Assembly (NCBI GenBank): GCA_963836075.1
Contig: CAWIIB010000009.1
Span: forward strand, 2,272,001-2,336,000
DNA length: 64,000 bases
Reading direction: 5' to 3'
Source: an uncultured Acidobacteriota bacterium
GTDB taxonomy: Bacteria; Acidobacteriota; JAQAZP01
Below the pieces are notes generated by a model. The model ran no database searches. It saw only the letters and a program-made list of their open reading frames with translations, and was not told the DNA's origin. Below are positions 9,757-19,861 of this stretch, piece after piece; the first letter of the stretch is position 1, and each line of letters opens with the position of its first letter. A program made the translations under genes and the position numbers.

Positions 9757-10583
9757 GCGGCCCGCTGGCCGGCCTCGACCTGGAGGGGTTCCCGCGGCAG
9801 CGCGGCGTCTGGCGGCTGTCCGCCGAGGGTCCCTTTGACGGTCAGCAGGCCCGCTACATCGAGGTGCGGGAACGAGAGGGGCGGCTGCTGGACGACGAAG
9901 TGGTGAGCCGGCTGCCCGAGGTACCCGCCGGCCACCGGTTGGCCGGGGAATGGCGGGTACGGGCCTGGTCGCTGGCCCGGCTGCAGGCGTATCTCGCGAC
10001 CCGGCCTCAACTGCAGGTGATCCTCGACGTGGGGTGCGGCAACGGGTGGATGGCGGCCCGCCTGGCCGAACCGCCCCGGCGGCTGGTCTATGCCCTGGAT
10101 GTCAACGAGCGCGAGCTGGAACAGGGCGCCAGGGTCTTTCACCACAACCCGCGGCTGATCTTCCTCTATGGCGACGTGAGCGGGGAGTCTCTGGCCGCGG
10201 GCCGGGTGGACCTGGTGCTGCTGGCCGGGTCGGTGCAGTATTTTGCCGACCTGCCGGCACTGGTCCCCCGGCTGCTCCGCCTGCTGCGGCCGGGGGGAGA
10301 GTTGCACATCCTTGACAGCCCTTTCTACGGCCCCGGGGAGGCGGCGCGGGCCCGGGTGCGATCGGAGGACTACTACCGCCGCCTGGGCTGTCCGGAGATG
10401 GCGGCCCACTACCACCACCATTGCCGGGACCTTCTGGAGCCTTTCGGCCCGCAGCTGCTGCACGATCCCGCACGGCTGCTTTCCCGGCTGCGCAGGCGGA
10501 TCAGCCGCAGCGGTGAGTCGCCTTTTCCCCCGGCTGTGATCAGAGAGTCGCCAGTGCATCCACGGCTTCGTCGCTGCCGATGA
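9729..10583 (+). CDS. Class I SAM-dependent methyltransferase (start uncertain)
   Basis: Motif I 'ILDVGCGNG', 'LLRPGG', 'YYRRLG'. The 3' end overlaps convergent ktrA by ~44 bp. Confidence 0.8.
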   Translation: MHGYRGGALSGPLAGLDLEGFPRQRGVWRLSAEGPFDGQQARYIEVREREGRLLDDEVVSRLPEVPAGHRLAGEWRVRAWSLARLQAYLATRPQLQVILDVGCGNGWMAARLAEPPRRLVYALDVNERELEQGARVFHHNPRLIFLYGDVSGESLAAGRVDLVLLAGSVQYFADLPALVPRLLRLLRPGGELHILDSPFYGPGEAARARVRSEDYYRRLGCPEMAAHYHHHCRDLLEPFGPQLLHDPARLLSRLRRRISRSGESPFPPAVIRESPVHPRLRRCR

Positions 10584-11229
10584 CCAGCAGGATGTCTCCG
10601 GGCCGAATCCTGCTCTCCGGCATGGGAACCTTGATCAGTTGTCCGCGCCGCGGGCTGTCCTCAGCATCACCATCCTGCGGTTCGGCGGAGCGGCTGATGG
10701 CGGCCACGGTGATCCGGTGCTTTTTTCGGATGTCCAGTTCCTCGAGGGTCTTGTTGTGGAAGACCACCGGGGCGGGAAGCTTGGTCAGGCTGTACCCTGC
10801 GGACAGTTCCAGACGCTCCATGATCGCCGGCGCCATCAGGCGGTTGCGCCAGCGCTCCGCTGACTCCAGCTCGGGGTTGACCACACTGTCGGCGCCGATG
10901 CTGGTAAGGATGGTGGCCCGCCGGTCGGTGGTGGCCCGGCTGATCACACGGGGAACCCCCAGCTGCTTGAGCACCACGGTGGTCAGCAGGTTGGCCTCGA
11001 AGGACGAGCCGATGCCTACGATGGCCACGTTCACCTTGTGAATCCCCTGGGAGCGGATCGCGTCCTCGTCGGTGCTGTCGAGGCAGACCGCCAGGGTCAC
11101 CGCGTCGCGGATCTCGTCCACCAGGGCCTTGTCCCGGTCCACGGCGATAACCTCGGCTCCGGCTTCGGCCAGCAGGGCGGACAGACGCTTGCCGAAGCGT
11201 CCCATCCCGATAACAGCGAATCGTTCCAT
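10540..11229 (-). CDS. ktrA: Ktr/Trk potassium uptake regulatory subunit (RCK N+C)
   Basis: 'FAVIGMGRFG' Rossmann motif, 'VVNPE', C-terminal RCK_C 'IRPGDILLVIG'. Confidence 0.9.
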   Translation of the reverse strand: MERFAVIGMGRFGKRLSALLAEAGAEVIAVDRDKALVDEIRDAVTLAVCLDSTDEDAIRSQGIHKVNVAIVGIGSSFEANLLTTVVLKQLGVPRVISRATTDRRATILTSIGADSVVNPELESAERWRNRLMAPAIMERLELSAGYSLTKLPAPVVFHNKTLEELDIRKKHRITVAAISRSAEPQDGDAEDSPRRGQLIKVPMPESRIRPGDILLVIGSDEAVDALATL

Positions 11230-11233
11230 TTCC

Positions 11234-13069
11234 TCACCCGATGAGTACGTGTTCCGTGGGGTAGCTGTAGTCGGCCGGCCGCAGCCGTGTGGTCAGTGCC
11301 AGGAGAATGGTCAGCGGCCCCACCCGGCCGGCAAACATTGCCGCCATGATGATGAATTTGGCCACGGGTGTCAAACCGGGGGTGATCCCGGTGGTCAGGC
11401 CCACCGTGCCGCAGGCGCTGCTGGCCTCGAAGAAGAGGTCCACCGTCGGAGTGCCGGGCATGATGGCGGCCAGGGCCAGGGTCACCACACCCACCAGCGA
11501 CACGTAGATCACCGCCAGGGCCATGATCCGGCGCACCAGTTCGGCGGAGACGCTGCGGTGGAACAGTTCAAACTCCTTGCGCCGGCGCATGGTGTTCCAG
11601 ATGGCGAGCACCAGCACGGCCAGGGTGACGGTCTTCAACCCCCCGGCGGTGCTGGCCGGGCTGCCGCCCACTGACATCAGCCCGCACATCAGCAGCTTGC
11701 TGGCCGGGGCGAGGGCGCCCATGTCGATGGTGTTGAAACCGGCGGTGCGGGCGGTGATCGACTGGAACAGCGCCTGGCCCATGCCGATCCGGCTGCCGGC
11801 CAGTGATTCGAAGAGCCACAGGCCGCCTGTGCCCAGGGGGACCAGCAGGGCGGTGGCGGCCAGGGTCACCCGGGTGTGCAGGTTGAGCCGGGTTCGGGGG
11901 AGGTGGCGGCGGTCCCAGGGCACCGGCTGGCCCGGCCAGTGGCGGCGGCGGATCAGCGAGCGGATGGTCTGCCCGCAGTTGCGCAGCACCGGGAAGCCGA
12001 TGCCGCCGAGGACGATCAGCGGGGCAAAGACGCCGAGGATCTGCCAGTGGTGGTCCAGCGGCCGGGCCCACCCGTCGGCGGTGCCGTGCATCAGGCTGCC
12101 GCCATAGAGGGAGAAGCCGGCGTTGCAGAAGGCGGAGACGCTGTGGAACAGGGAGTGCCAGACCGCGTGCAGGGTGGAGAGCGGGTGGCCCGCGGCGTCC
12201 AGTCCGCCGGCGAACATGGGGTAGAGCAGCAGGGCCCCCGCCGCTTCCATGGTCAGGGTGGTGAGGACCACGAAGGCGGCCACCCGGCCGATCTCGCCGA
12301 TATTGTCGCTGGCCACCATCTTGCCCAGGGCGCCCGAACCCTGCAGGGTCAGGCCGCGGCCCACCAGCAGGGCGAACACCGTGCCGAAGAGCATGATCCC
12401 CAGCCCGCCGAACTGGATCAGGACCAGAATCACCACCTGGCCGAAAAAGGTGAAGTGGGTTCCGGTGTCCACCACGGCCAGACCGGTGACACAGCTGGCG
12501 CTCACCGCGGTGAACAGCGCGTCCTGATAGCCCCAGTGGGTGCCGGGTTGCGGCTGCACCGCCGCGGGCAGCATCAGCAGGCCCGAGCCAGCCAGGGCCA
12601 GCAGGACGAAACTGCCGATGAGCAACCACCGTGGCGGGATGCCGCTGCCGGAGAGCCTGAGGTTGAGGTTCACCGCCCTGATCACCAGGGTGGCCAGGAT
12701 GTAGACCTGGGTGGTCAACAGGTAGAGCATGCCGGCGTTGAGCGCGGTGCCCCGCAGCTCCAGTGCGGTGATGTAGATCCCCGGCACCGCGGCCAGCAGG
12801 GCGAAGTCGAGCCAGTGGTGCTTCAAATACCAGCGCCGGTCGCGGGCCAGCCAGAGCCGGGCCAGCCGGTCGAAGGCAAAGAAACCGACGATGACCCCCT
12901 CCAGCACGTGCAAGGTCGATTTCAGCACGGGCTTCAGCTGGAAGCCGCCGTCGTCGAGCACCAGCGAGGTCACGGCCAGTATGCTGGTCAGGGCCAGCAG
13001 GATGTCCAGTGTGTGTTCAAAACGGGGGGACCGTGAGCGGCTGTGCGGAAGTTGTTTCGGTCGGTTCAT
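11234..13069 (-). CDS. ktrB: Ktr/TrkH potassium uptake membrane subunit with extra N-terminal TM bundle
   Basis: Four pore-loop motifs: SASCVTGL, SAFCNAGF, TARTAGF, SACGTVGL; also 'GGSPASTAGGLK' and 'MFAGRVGPLT'. Confidence 0.9.
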   Translation of the reverse strand: MNRPKQLPHSRSRSPRFEHTLDILLALTSILAVTSLVLDDGGFQLKPVLKSTLHVLEGVIVGFFAFDRLARLWLARDRRWYLKHHWLDFALLAAVPGIYITALELRGTALNAGMLYLLTTQVYILATLVIRAVNLNLRLSGSGIPPRWLLIGSFVLLALAGSGLLMLPAAVQPQPGTHWGYQDALFTAVSASCVTGLAVVDTGTHFTFFGQVVILVLIQFGGLGIMLFGTVFALLVGRGLTLQGSGALGKMVASDNIGEIGRVAAFVVLTTLTMEAAGALLLYPMFAGGLDAAGHPLSTLHAVWHSLFHSVSAFCNAGFSLYGGSLMHGTADGWARPLDHHWQILGVFAPLIVLGGIGFPVLRNCGQTIRSLIRRRHWPGQPVPWDRRHLPRTRLNLHTRVTLAATALLVPLGTGGLWLFESLAGSRIGMGQALFQSITARTAGFNTIDMGALAPASKLLMCGLMSVGGSPASTAGGLKTVTLAVLVLAIWNTMRRRKEFELFHRSVSAELVRRIMALAVIYVSLVGVVTLALAAIMPGTPTVDLFFEASSACGTVGLTTGITPGLTPVAKFIIMAAMFAGRVGPLTILLALTTRLRPADYSYPTEHVLIG

Positions 13070-13146
13070 TCCGTATACCCGCGGCGCGCCGGAGGCTGGC
13101 CGCCGCTGCCGATGATGCTGCCGGTGAAATGAGCGGATCGGACACC

Positions 13147-13221
13147 ATTATAGCCCGGTTGGCCCAGCGCTGCACGGCGGTGCCGGCGGGGTGGGAACAG
13201 CGACGGCAGATGTGACATAAT
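13147..13221. promoter_or_regulatory. Divergent promoters for ktrBA (-) and the glycan operon (+)
   Basis: TATAAT on the minus strand at 13147-13152; extended -10 TG-a-CATAAT on the plus strand at 13213-13221. Confidence 0.45.
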
Positions 13222-13324
13222 AAGTGAATACTCAGGATCCCCACAGGACGTACCGAGAAGAACTGCAGGAGCTTTCCTGCTCCCGGCCGGGGTGCAGGTA
13301 CGGCGGTCAGACGAGGCAGCGTTG

Positions 13325-14476
13325 ATGAGAGACGAATTCCTGGTTTTCGGCAGCCCGATCATCGAACAGCCGGAAATAGACGAAGTGGTGGACTCGCTGA
13401 AGTCCGGCTGGCTGGGCACCGGGCCCAAGGTGCACCGCTTCGAAGAGATGTTCCGGGACTACAAGGGGTGCCGTCATGCCATGGCGGTCAACTCCTGCAC
13501 CGCCGCTCTGCACCTCTCCATGATCGCCATCGGCATCGGGCCCGGTGACGAGGTTATCGTGCCGGCGATGACCTTCGCCGCCACGGCCAACGCGGTGCTC
13601 CACGCCGGCGGAGTGCCGGTATTTGCCGACTGCGGGCGGGAGACGATGAACATCGATCCCGACGACATCGAGCGGAAGATCACCCCCCGGACCAAGGCGA
13701 TCCTGCTGGTGCACTTTGCCGGCCGCTCCTGCGACATGGACCGCATCATGGCCATTGCCAAACAGCACCAGCTGAAGGTGATCGAGGACTGCGCCCACGC
13801 CATCGAAGCCGAATATCACGGCCGAAAAACCGGCACCTTCGCCGACTTCGGCTGTTTCAGCTTTTACGTGACCAAGAACGTGGTCACCGGCGAGGGGGGA
13901 ATGGCGATCACCGACAACGAGCAGTACGCGGACCAGATCAAGGTGCTCGGTCTGCACGGCATGAGCCGCGACGCCTGGAAGCGGTTCAGTGATGACGGGT
14001 ACAAGCACTACCAGGTGGTCTACGCCGGGTTCAAATACAACATGATGGACATCCAGGCGGCCATCGGTATACATCAACTGCCCCGGGTGGAGGCATACTG
14101 GCAGCGTCGGCGTGAGATCTGGCAGCGCTACGACGAGGCGTTTGCCGGGCTGCCGCTGTTCACCCCCCACCCACCGGAGCCACGGACCCGGCACGCCCAC
14201 CACCTGTATACCATCCTGCTGGACATCGACAGTATCGACCTGACCCGTGACCGTTTCCTCGACCAGATGACCGGGTGGAAGATCGGCGTGGGGGTCCACT
14301 ATCTCGGCCTGCACCTCCATCCGTATTACCGCGAGCGGTATGGCTACAAGCCCGGAGACTTGCCGAACACCGAGTGGATATCGGACCGGACCGTCTCGCT
14401 GCCCCTGTCGCCGAAGCTGACCGGACGGGACGTGGACGACGTGATCGAGGCGGTGCGGGAAATCCTGGCCGGCTGA
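13325..14476 (+). CDS. DegT/DnrJ/EryC1/StrS nucleotide-sugar aminotransferase
   Basis: Motifs 'NSCTAALH', 'IEDCAHA', PLP lysine in 'FSFYVTKNVVTGEGG', 'SLPLSP'. Confidence 0.93.
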   Translation: MRDEFLVFGSPIIEQPEIDEVVDSLKSGWLGTGPKVHRFEEMFRDYKGCRHAMAVNSCTAALHLSMIAIGIGPGDEVIVPAMTFAATANAVLHAGGVPVFADCGRETMNIDPDDIERKITPRTKAILLVHFAGRSCDMDRIMAIAKQHQLKVIEDCAHAIEAEYHGRKTGTFADFGCFSFYVTKNVVTGEGGMAITDNEQYADQIKVLGLHGMSRDAWKRFSDDGYKHYQVVYAGFKYNMMDIQAAIGIHQLPRVEAYWQRRREIWQRYDEAFAGLPLFTPHPPEPRTRHAHHLYTILLDIDSIDLTRDRFLDQMTGWKIGVGVHYLGLHLHPYYRERYGYKPGDLPNTEWISDRTVSLPLSPKLTGRDVDDVIEAVREILAG

Positions 14477-14506
14477 GGGCCGGCAACCTGCCGACAATGG
14501 TGAACG

Positions 14507-15223
14507 ATGGCGAGTACCCGCCGCGACTATTACCGCAAATACGGTCTGACCAACCCGGGATGGAATGTGATCCGGATTGCCGGGGCGCAGATCGAGGACC
14601 GGGTGAAGCGCTATTTTTCCGGACGGTTGCTTGAGATCGGCTGCGGGACCAAGGAGAAGGCGCTGCTGGTGGGTGATCGGGTGGATTTCCACCTGGGGCT
14701 GGACCATGCACGAAGCCCCCACGACCTGGGCCGGGTCGACGTGCTGGCCTCGGCCTACGGCATCCCCTTTGTGGAGTCGAGTTTTGACTGCCTGCTCTCC
14801 ACCGCCGTGCTGGAGCACCTGGAGGAACCGCACACGGCGCTGCGCGAAGCCTGCCGGGTACTGCGTCCGGGGGGCTACGCCCTGTACACCGTGCCCTTCA
14901 TCTGGCACATTCATGAAGAACCGCGGGACTTCTACCGCTACACCAGCCACGGTATCCGCCACCTCTTCGAGACCTGTGGTTTTGCCATCGAGGAGATCAC
15001 CCCGCTGGCCGGGTTCTGGATCACCGTGGGCAGCGAGTTCGGCTACTTTATCGAAACCGCCGCCCGGGGGCCCCTGCGGCTGGCGGCCCGGCCGGTGATC
15101 GCCGCAGTGAACCTCGCCGCCCGGCTGCTGGACCGCGCCGACCGGCGGTGGAACCGCGAGTTCTGGCGCTGGACCTGGATGTATCTGGTGATCGCCCGGC
15201 GGGCGGTGGGAAAGGAAACCTGA
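14507..15223 (+). CDS. Class I SAM-dependent methyltransferase (glycan-locus type)
   Basis: 'LLEIGCG', 'VLEHL...RVLRPGG', 'TVPFIWHIHEEPRDFYRYT'. Confidence 0.88.
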   Translation: MASTRRDYYRKYGLTNPGWNVIRIAGAQIEDRVKRYFSGRLLEIGCGTKEKALLVGDRVDFHLGLDHARSPHDLGRVDVLASAYGIPFVESSFDCLLSTAVLEHLEEPHTALREACRVLRPGGYALYTVPFIWHIHEEPRDFYRYTSHGIRHLFETCGFAIEEITPLAGFWITVGSEFGYFIETAARGPLRLAARPVIAAVNLAARLLDRADRRWNREFWRWTWMYLVIARRAVGKET

Positions 15224-15226
15224 TTG

Positions 15227-17194
15227 ATGTGCGGTCTGGTGGGCTATTTTTCGCCGACGAGGACCCGGACCGGTCTCGGCCCGCTGGCCCGGGCGGCTGC
15301 ATTGATCCGCCACCGCGGGCCCGACGACGAGGGCTATGCCGCCTTCCACCTGTCCACCGGTGACCAGCGGTCCTGGAGCGGACCCGATTCACCGTCGGAG
15401 GTCCGGGACCGCCTGCCGCAGCTGGGAGCGGCCACCGAGATGCCGCACAACCTGGCCCTCGGTTTCCGGCGCTTCTCAATTGTCGACCTGACCCCGGCCG
15501 GCCATCAGCCGTTCTGGAACGGGGACCAGACCATCTGCCTGACCTTTAACGGGGAAATTTACAACTACGTGGAGCTGCGGGAGGAACTCAGTGCCGCCGG
15601 AAGGGTCTTCCGGACCCGCAGCGACACCGAAGTGCTGCTGGCTGTGCTGGAGGACTGGGGCCCGGACGGCCTGGACCGGCTCAACGGGCCCTTCGCCCTG
15701 GCCCTGCTGGACACCGGGCGCCGGCGCCTGCTGCTGGCCCGGGACCGTATCGGCAAGAGCCCGCTCTACTGGGCTGTCACCGGGGAGACGCTGTTCTGGG
15801 CCTCGGAGATCAAGAGCATCCTGCTGCTGGCCGGACAGGACAGTTTCGATCTCAACGGCCAGGCGGTTCACGACTACCTCAAGCACGGTTGGCGCGACCT
15901 GGACCACGGTACCTTCTGGAAAGGTGTCCAGACCCTGGCCCCGGCCAGCTGGGTGGAGCTGGACCTGGGGGACGCTATTGACGGCCGGGCGCTCACCAGC
16001 GGGGCGCAGTCCTACTGGCGGGTTCCCCGGCAGCGGCTGCAACCTGGTGAGATCTCCTTTGACGAGGCGCGCCGCACCTTTTCCGACCTGTTCAGCGACG
16101 CGGTCCGCCTCCGCCTGCGGGCGGACGCGGAGGTGGCCTTCGGCCTCAGCGGCGGTCTCGATTCCAGTTCCATCGTGGCGGTGGCGGCGTCCGGCGCGGC
16201 GCCCCGCTCCATCGCCACCTACACGGTGAAGTTCGACGATCCGGCGGTGGACGAGGAGCCCTTTGCCCGCCGGGTGCGCGACCGCTGGCCGCAGGCCGTC
16301 GACTACCATGTCTACCGTCCGGAGAACAGTGACTTCTGGGAGCGGGCCGACGATTTCGTCTGGCTGCTGGAGGAACCGTTCCACTCGCCGAACCTCGAAC
16401 TGAACCAGGCCTACTACCGGCAGATGCGGGCCGACGGGTTCCGGGTGCTCATCGGCGGTGCGGCCGGGGACGAACTGCTGGCCGGCTACCCGGAGTACTT
16501 CTACCCGCTGCTGGTGCACCTGCTGAAGCAGGGCCGCTGGTTGCCGCTGGCCGGCAACGTGGCCGGCTACACCGAGCAGCCGCGGACCCGCACCGCGGCC
16601 GATGCCGTTGCCCAGCTCTGGCGGCGGGTCAGCGGGAGGAGCGGGGGCGCGTACCCCGGCGCCGACCTGGCGCGCTACTGCCGGGACGATCCCGGCCGCT
16701 ACCGGGAGCACGACATGGGGCCGCCGCGGAGTTTCAACGAGCGGATGATCGGCAACATGACCCAGTGGAAGATGAACTACTGGATGCGCTCGGGCAACAA
16801 GGCCACCATGGGCGTACCCATCGAGGCCCGGGCGCCGTTCCTCGATCACCGGCTGGTGGAGTTCACCTTCACCCTGCCGCCGGAGTATCTGGTCCGCCGG
16901 GGCTGGCTGAAATACATCCTCCGCCGCAGCGCCGAGCCGCTGCTGCCGCCGGAAGTGGTCTGGCGGCGGAAGAAGACCGGCTTCCCCTTCAACGACCGTT
17001 CCTGGCTCGCCGATGCGCGGCCGGTGGCCCAGGGGCATCTGCGCGCCGCCGCCGACAACCCGTTCATCGACCCCGCCCCGGTGATCGCCGATTACGACCG
17101 GCTCACCGGTGAGCGTCCTGAATTCCTCTGGCGCTGCATCAGCCTCTGTCTCTGGTGGCGCCGGGTCATCCGCGGGGAGCCGCTGTCCGGATGA
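15227..17194 (+). CDS. asnB: Asparagine synthase (glutamine-hydrolysing)-like amidotransferase
   Basis: N-terminal 'MCG', 'HRGPD', 'NGEIYN', 'SGGLDS', 'R.PFLDH'. Its position inside the glycan operon suggests sugar amidation. Confidence 0.9.
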   Translation: MCGLVGYFSPTRTRTGLGPLARAAALIRHRGPDDEGYAAFHLSTGDQRSWSGPDSPSEVRDRLPQLGAATEMPHNLALGFRRFSIVDLTPAGHQPFWNGDQTICLTFNGEIYNYVELREELSAAGRVFRTRSDTEVLLAVLEDWGPDGLDRLNGPFALALLDTGRRRLLLARDRIGKSPLYWAVTGETLFWASEIKSILLLAGQDSFDLNGQAVHDYLKHGWRDLDHGTFWKGVQTLAPASWVELDLGDAIDGRALTSGAQSYWRVPRQRLQPGEISFDEARRTFSDLFSDAVRLRLRADAEVAFGLSGGLDSSSIVAVAASGAAPRSIATYTVKFDDPAVDEEPFARRVRDRWPQAVDYHVYRPENSDFWERADDFVWLLEEPFHSPNLELNQAYYRQMRADGFRVLIGGAAGDELLAGYPEYFYPLLVHLLKQGRWLPLAGNVAGYTEQPRTRTAADAVAQLWRRVSGRSGGAYPGADLARYCRDDPGRYREHDMGPPRSFNERMIGNMTQWKMNYWMRSGNKATMGVPIEARAPFLDHRLVEFTFTLPPEYLVRRGWLKYILRRSAEPLLPPEVVWRRKKTGFPFNDRSWLADARPVAQGHLRAAADNPFIDPAPVIADYDRLTGERPEFLWRCISLCLWWRRVIRGEPLSG

Positions 17195-18687
17195 GCGATT
17201 CCGATACATCCTACGGCATGAGCCGGGAGAACATCCGCCACCGCACCCTCCAGGGGATCGGCTGGAGCGGGGCGCAGCAGGTGGTGCAGCAGCTGCTCAA
17301 GTTCGTCTTTACCATTCTGTTGATGCGGCTGCTCACCCCCGGTGATTTCGGACAGGTGGGCATGGTGCTGGTCTTTGCCGGGGCCGCCCAGCTGTTCAGC
17401 GAGCTGGGCCTGGGGGCGGCGGTGGTCCAGCGCAGAGAGTTGCGGCCCGAGCACCTCGATTCGGTGTTCTGGGCCAACATCGTCGCCGGCGCGGCGCTCA
17501 CCGTTCTCTTTGCCGCGCTGGCCGGGCCCATCGCGACGTTCTACCAGCTGCCGTCGCTGCGGCTGCTGACCGCGGCCATCTCGCTGAACTTCATCATCGG
17601 CTCCTTCCGGGTGATACAGTATTCCCTGCTCCAGCGGGCCATGGCCTTTCGCGAACTGGCCCTGGTGGAGGCGGTGGCGGTGCTGGTCTCCGGCGTCCTG
17701 GCCGTGGGCCTGGCCCTGGCCGGCTACGGCATCTGGAGCCTGGTGGTACAGCTGCTGGCCCTCAACCTCACCGCGGCGGTGCTGCTCTGGGTGATGAGCA
17801 GCTGGCGGCCCTCCTTCTCCTTCCGCTTCCGGGCGCTTCGCGAGCTCTTTTCCTTCAGCCTCAACCTGCTGGGCTTCAGCCTCTTCGACTACAGCGTCAC
17901 CAGAGCCGGCTACCTGCTGATCGGCAAGTTCATCGGCGCCCCGGCCCTGGGGATCTACTCCCGGGCCGACCAGTTGATGCTGATGCCGGTGACCCAGGTG
18001 GCCGCTGTCATCTCCCGGGTGATGTTCCCCGCCCTCTCCGCCATCCAGGACCAGGTGGAGCGGGTGAAGCAGATCTACCTCCGGGCCATCCGCGCCATCT
18101 CCCTCTTCACCTTTCCGGTGATGCTGGGGCTGATGGTCACGGCCAGGCCGTTCGTCCTCGTGCTGCTGGGTGAGCAGTGGGCCGAGGTGATCCCACTGCT
18201 CCAGGTTTTCTGCCTCGCCGGGATAACCATGTCGGTGGGCACCACCGTGGGCTGGATATACACCTCCCAGGGGCGCACCGATATCATGATGCGCTGGGGC
18301 CTCTTCGCCGGCGTGGTGCGGGTCAGCGCCATGGCCATCGGGCTGCGCTGGGGCATTCTCGGTGTGGCCGTGGCCTGGGTGGCCAGCGGCTACCTGATCC
18401 TCTGGTATCCCTCCTGGGCCATCGCCGGCCGGCTGATCAACCTCCGCTTCCCGGAGATGGTTCGCACCCTGGCCGGGAACTTCTTCTGCGCCCTGGGTAT
18501 GGCGGCGGCACTGCTTCTCATCGGACTGGCCGTGCCGGACGGCTGGCCGCTCTGGCTGCTCCTCGGGCTGCAGGTGGCGGCGGGAGGCGTGATATACATA
18601 GTGCTGGTGCTGCTCTTCCGGCTGCGCGCCTGGCGGGAACTGTACCAGCTGTGGGCCGAGCGGAGAAAGGGTCTGGACAATGGATGA
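17191..18687 (+). CDS. MOP-family Wzx/WzxC-like polysaccharide flippase
   Basis: 'RLLTPGDFG', 'ELGLGAAVVQR', 'LGIYSRA', about 12-14 hydrophobic segments; ATGA overlap with the asnB stop. Confidence 0.9.
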   Translation: MSDSDTSYGMSRENIRHRTLQGIGWSGAQQVVQQLLKFVFTILLMRLLTPGDFGQVGMVLVFAGAAQLFSELGLGAAVVQRRELRPEHLDSVFWANIVAGAALTVLFAALAGPIATFYQLPSLRLLTAAISLNFIIGSFRVIQYSLLQRAMAFRELALVEAVAVLVSGVLAVGLALAGYGIWSLVVQLLALNLTAAVLLWVMSSWRPSFSFRFRALRELFSFSLNLLGFSLFDYSVTRAGYLLIGKFIGAPALGIYSRADQLMLMPVTQVAAVISRVMFPALSAIQDQVERVKQIYLRAIRAISLFTFPVMLGLMVTARPFVLVLLGEQWAEVIPLLQVFCLAGITMSVGTTVGWIYTSQGRTDIMMRWGLFAGVVRVSAMAIGLRWGILGVAVAWVASGYLILWYPSWAIAGRLINLRFPEMVRTLAGNFFCALGMAAALLLIGLAVPDGWPLWLLLGLQVAAGGVIYIVLVLLFRLRAWRELYQLWAERRKGLDNG

Positions 18688-19861
18688 CCGTGCAGTAGAC
18701 AGGCCGTTCGGGGTGGTGCACTACGGGCTCCGCTACCTCCCGCTCACCGAGAACTGGATCTACAGCCAGGTGGCCGGCCTGGAGCAGGTGCGCACCGCCT
18801 TCTACGCCCTCCACGGGGAGAACCGTGAGCAGTTTCCCCTGGAGACCGTCCGTTGCCTCTACGACGACCTGGGCCCGGCCGCGCTCTTCTACAACCGTGC
18901 CTGGTTCAAACTCTTCGGCAGCTACCCGCAGATCCACCGCTGGCTGCGCCGTGACCGGCCGCGGGTGGTCCACGCCCACTTCGGGCCCCGGGGCTGGCAG
19001 TTTCTCCACTACGCCCGGCAGGCCGGCCTGCCGCTGGTCACCAGCTTTTACGGCGCCGACGCGTACCGCTTCCCGGTGGAGGACCCGGCCTGGACCGGGC
19101 GCTACGTCAAGCTCTTTGACCGGGGGCGCCTGGTGCTGGCCGAAGGGCCGGCCATGCGCCGGCGGCTCATCGAACTGGGCTGTCCGCCGAACAAGGTGCG
19201 GGTGCACAACATCGGTGTCTCCCTGGAGCGCTACCAGTACCGGGCCCGGGAAGCGGACGGCCCGTTGCGGCTGATGGTCTGCGGCCGGTTCGAAGAGAAG
19301 AAGGGATTTCCCATCGCCGTCAGGGCGCTGGCCCGGTTGCGAAGCAAGACCGGCCGGGAGGTCACCCTGACCATTGTGGGTGATTCGGACCGCCAGGGGA
19401 CCATGACCCCCGAGAAGCGGAAGATCGTCGACGCGGTGGAGCAGGGCGGCCTGGGGGACGCGGTGCGGATCACCGGCTACGTGCCCCACGATGAGCTGGT
19501 GCGGCTGGTCTACCAGCACCACATCTTTCTCGCCCCCAGCATCCACGCCGCCGACGGCGACGCCGAAGGCGGGTTCCCGGTGATCCTCACCGAGGTGCTG
19601 GGCAGCGGGATGCCGGTGGTGGCCTCGGACCACTGCGACATCCCGGAGATCGTGCGCCACGGCCGCTGGGGCTGCATCGTGCCCCAGAACGACCCCGAGG
19701 CCCTGGCCGGGGCTCTGGAGCAGCTGATCAACGAGCCGGAGCGCTGGCCGGAGATGGGCCGGGAGGGCCGGCGACACGTGGAGCAGAACTACGACATCGC
19801 CATGCTGAGCCGGGACCTGGAATCGATCTACCGCGAAATTGCGGCGGAGGGAGAAGCGTGA
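18680..19861 (+). CDS. GT4 glycosyltransferase (WcaL-like)
   Basis: 'HAHFG', 'GRFEEKKG', 'DGDAEGGFPVILTE' EX7E motif. Confidence 0.88.
   Translation: MDDRAVDRPFGVVHYGLRYLPLTENWIYSQVAGLEQVRTAFYALHGENREQFPLETVRCLYDDLGPAALFYNRAWFKLFGSYPQIHRWLRRDRPRVVHAHFGPRGWQFLHYARQAGLPLVTSFYGADAYRFPVEDPAWTGRYVKLFDRGRLVLAEGPAMRRRLIELGCPPNKVRVHNIGVSLERYQYRAREADGPLRLMVCGRFEEKKGFPIAVRALARLRSKTGREVTLTIVGDSDRQGTMTPEKRKIVDAVEQGGLGDAVRITGYVPHDELVRLVYQHHIFLAPSIHAADGDAEGGFPVILTEVLGSGMPVVASDHCDIPEIVRHGRWGCIVPQNDPEALAGALEQLINEPERWPEMGREGRRHVEQNYDIAMLSRDLESIYREIAAEGEA

Noticed and set aside
13265-13315. Hairpin GCAGGA-GCTT-TCCTGC and 'GGCGGTCAG' as a JUMPStart/ops element ahead of the glycan operon
   Set aside because: It does not match the ops consensus GGCGGTAG, and no RfaH/UpxY gene is in the window.
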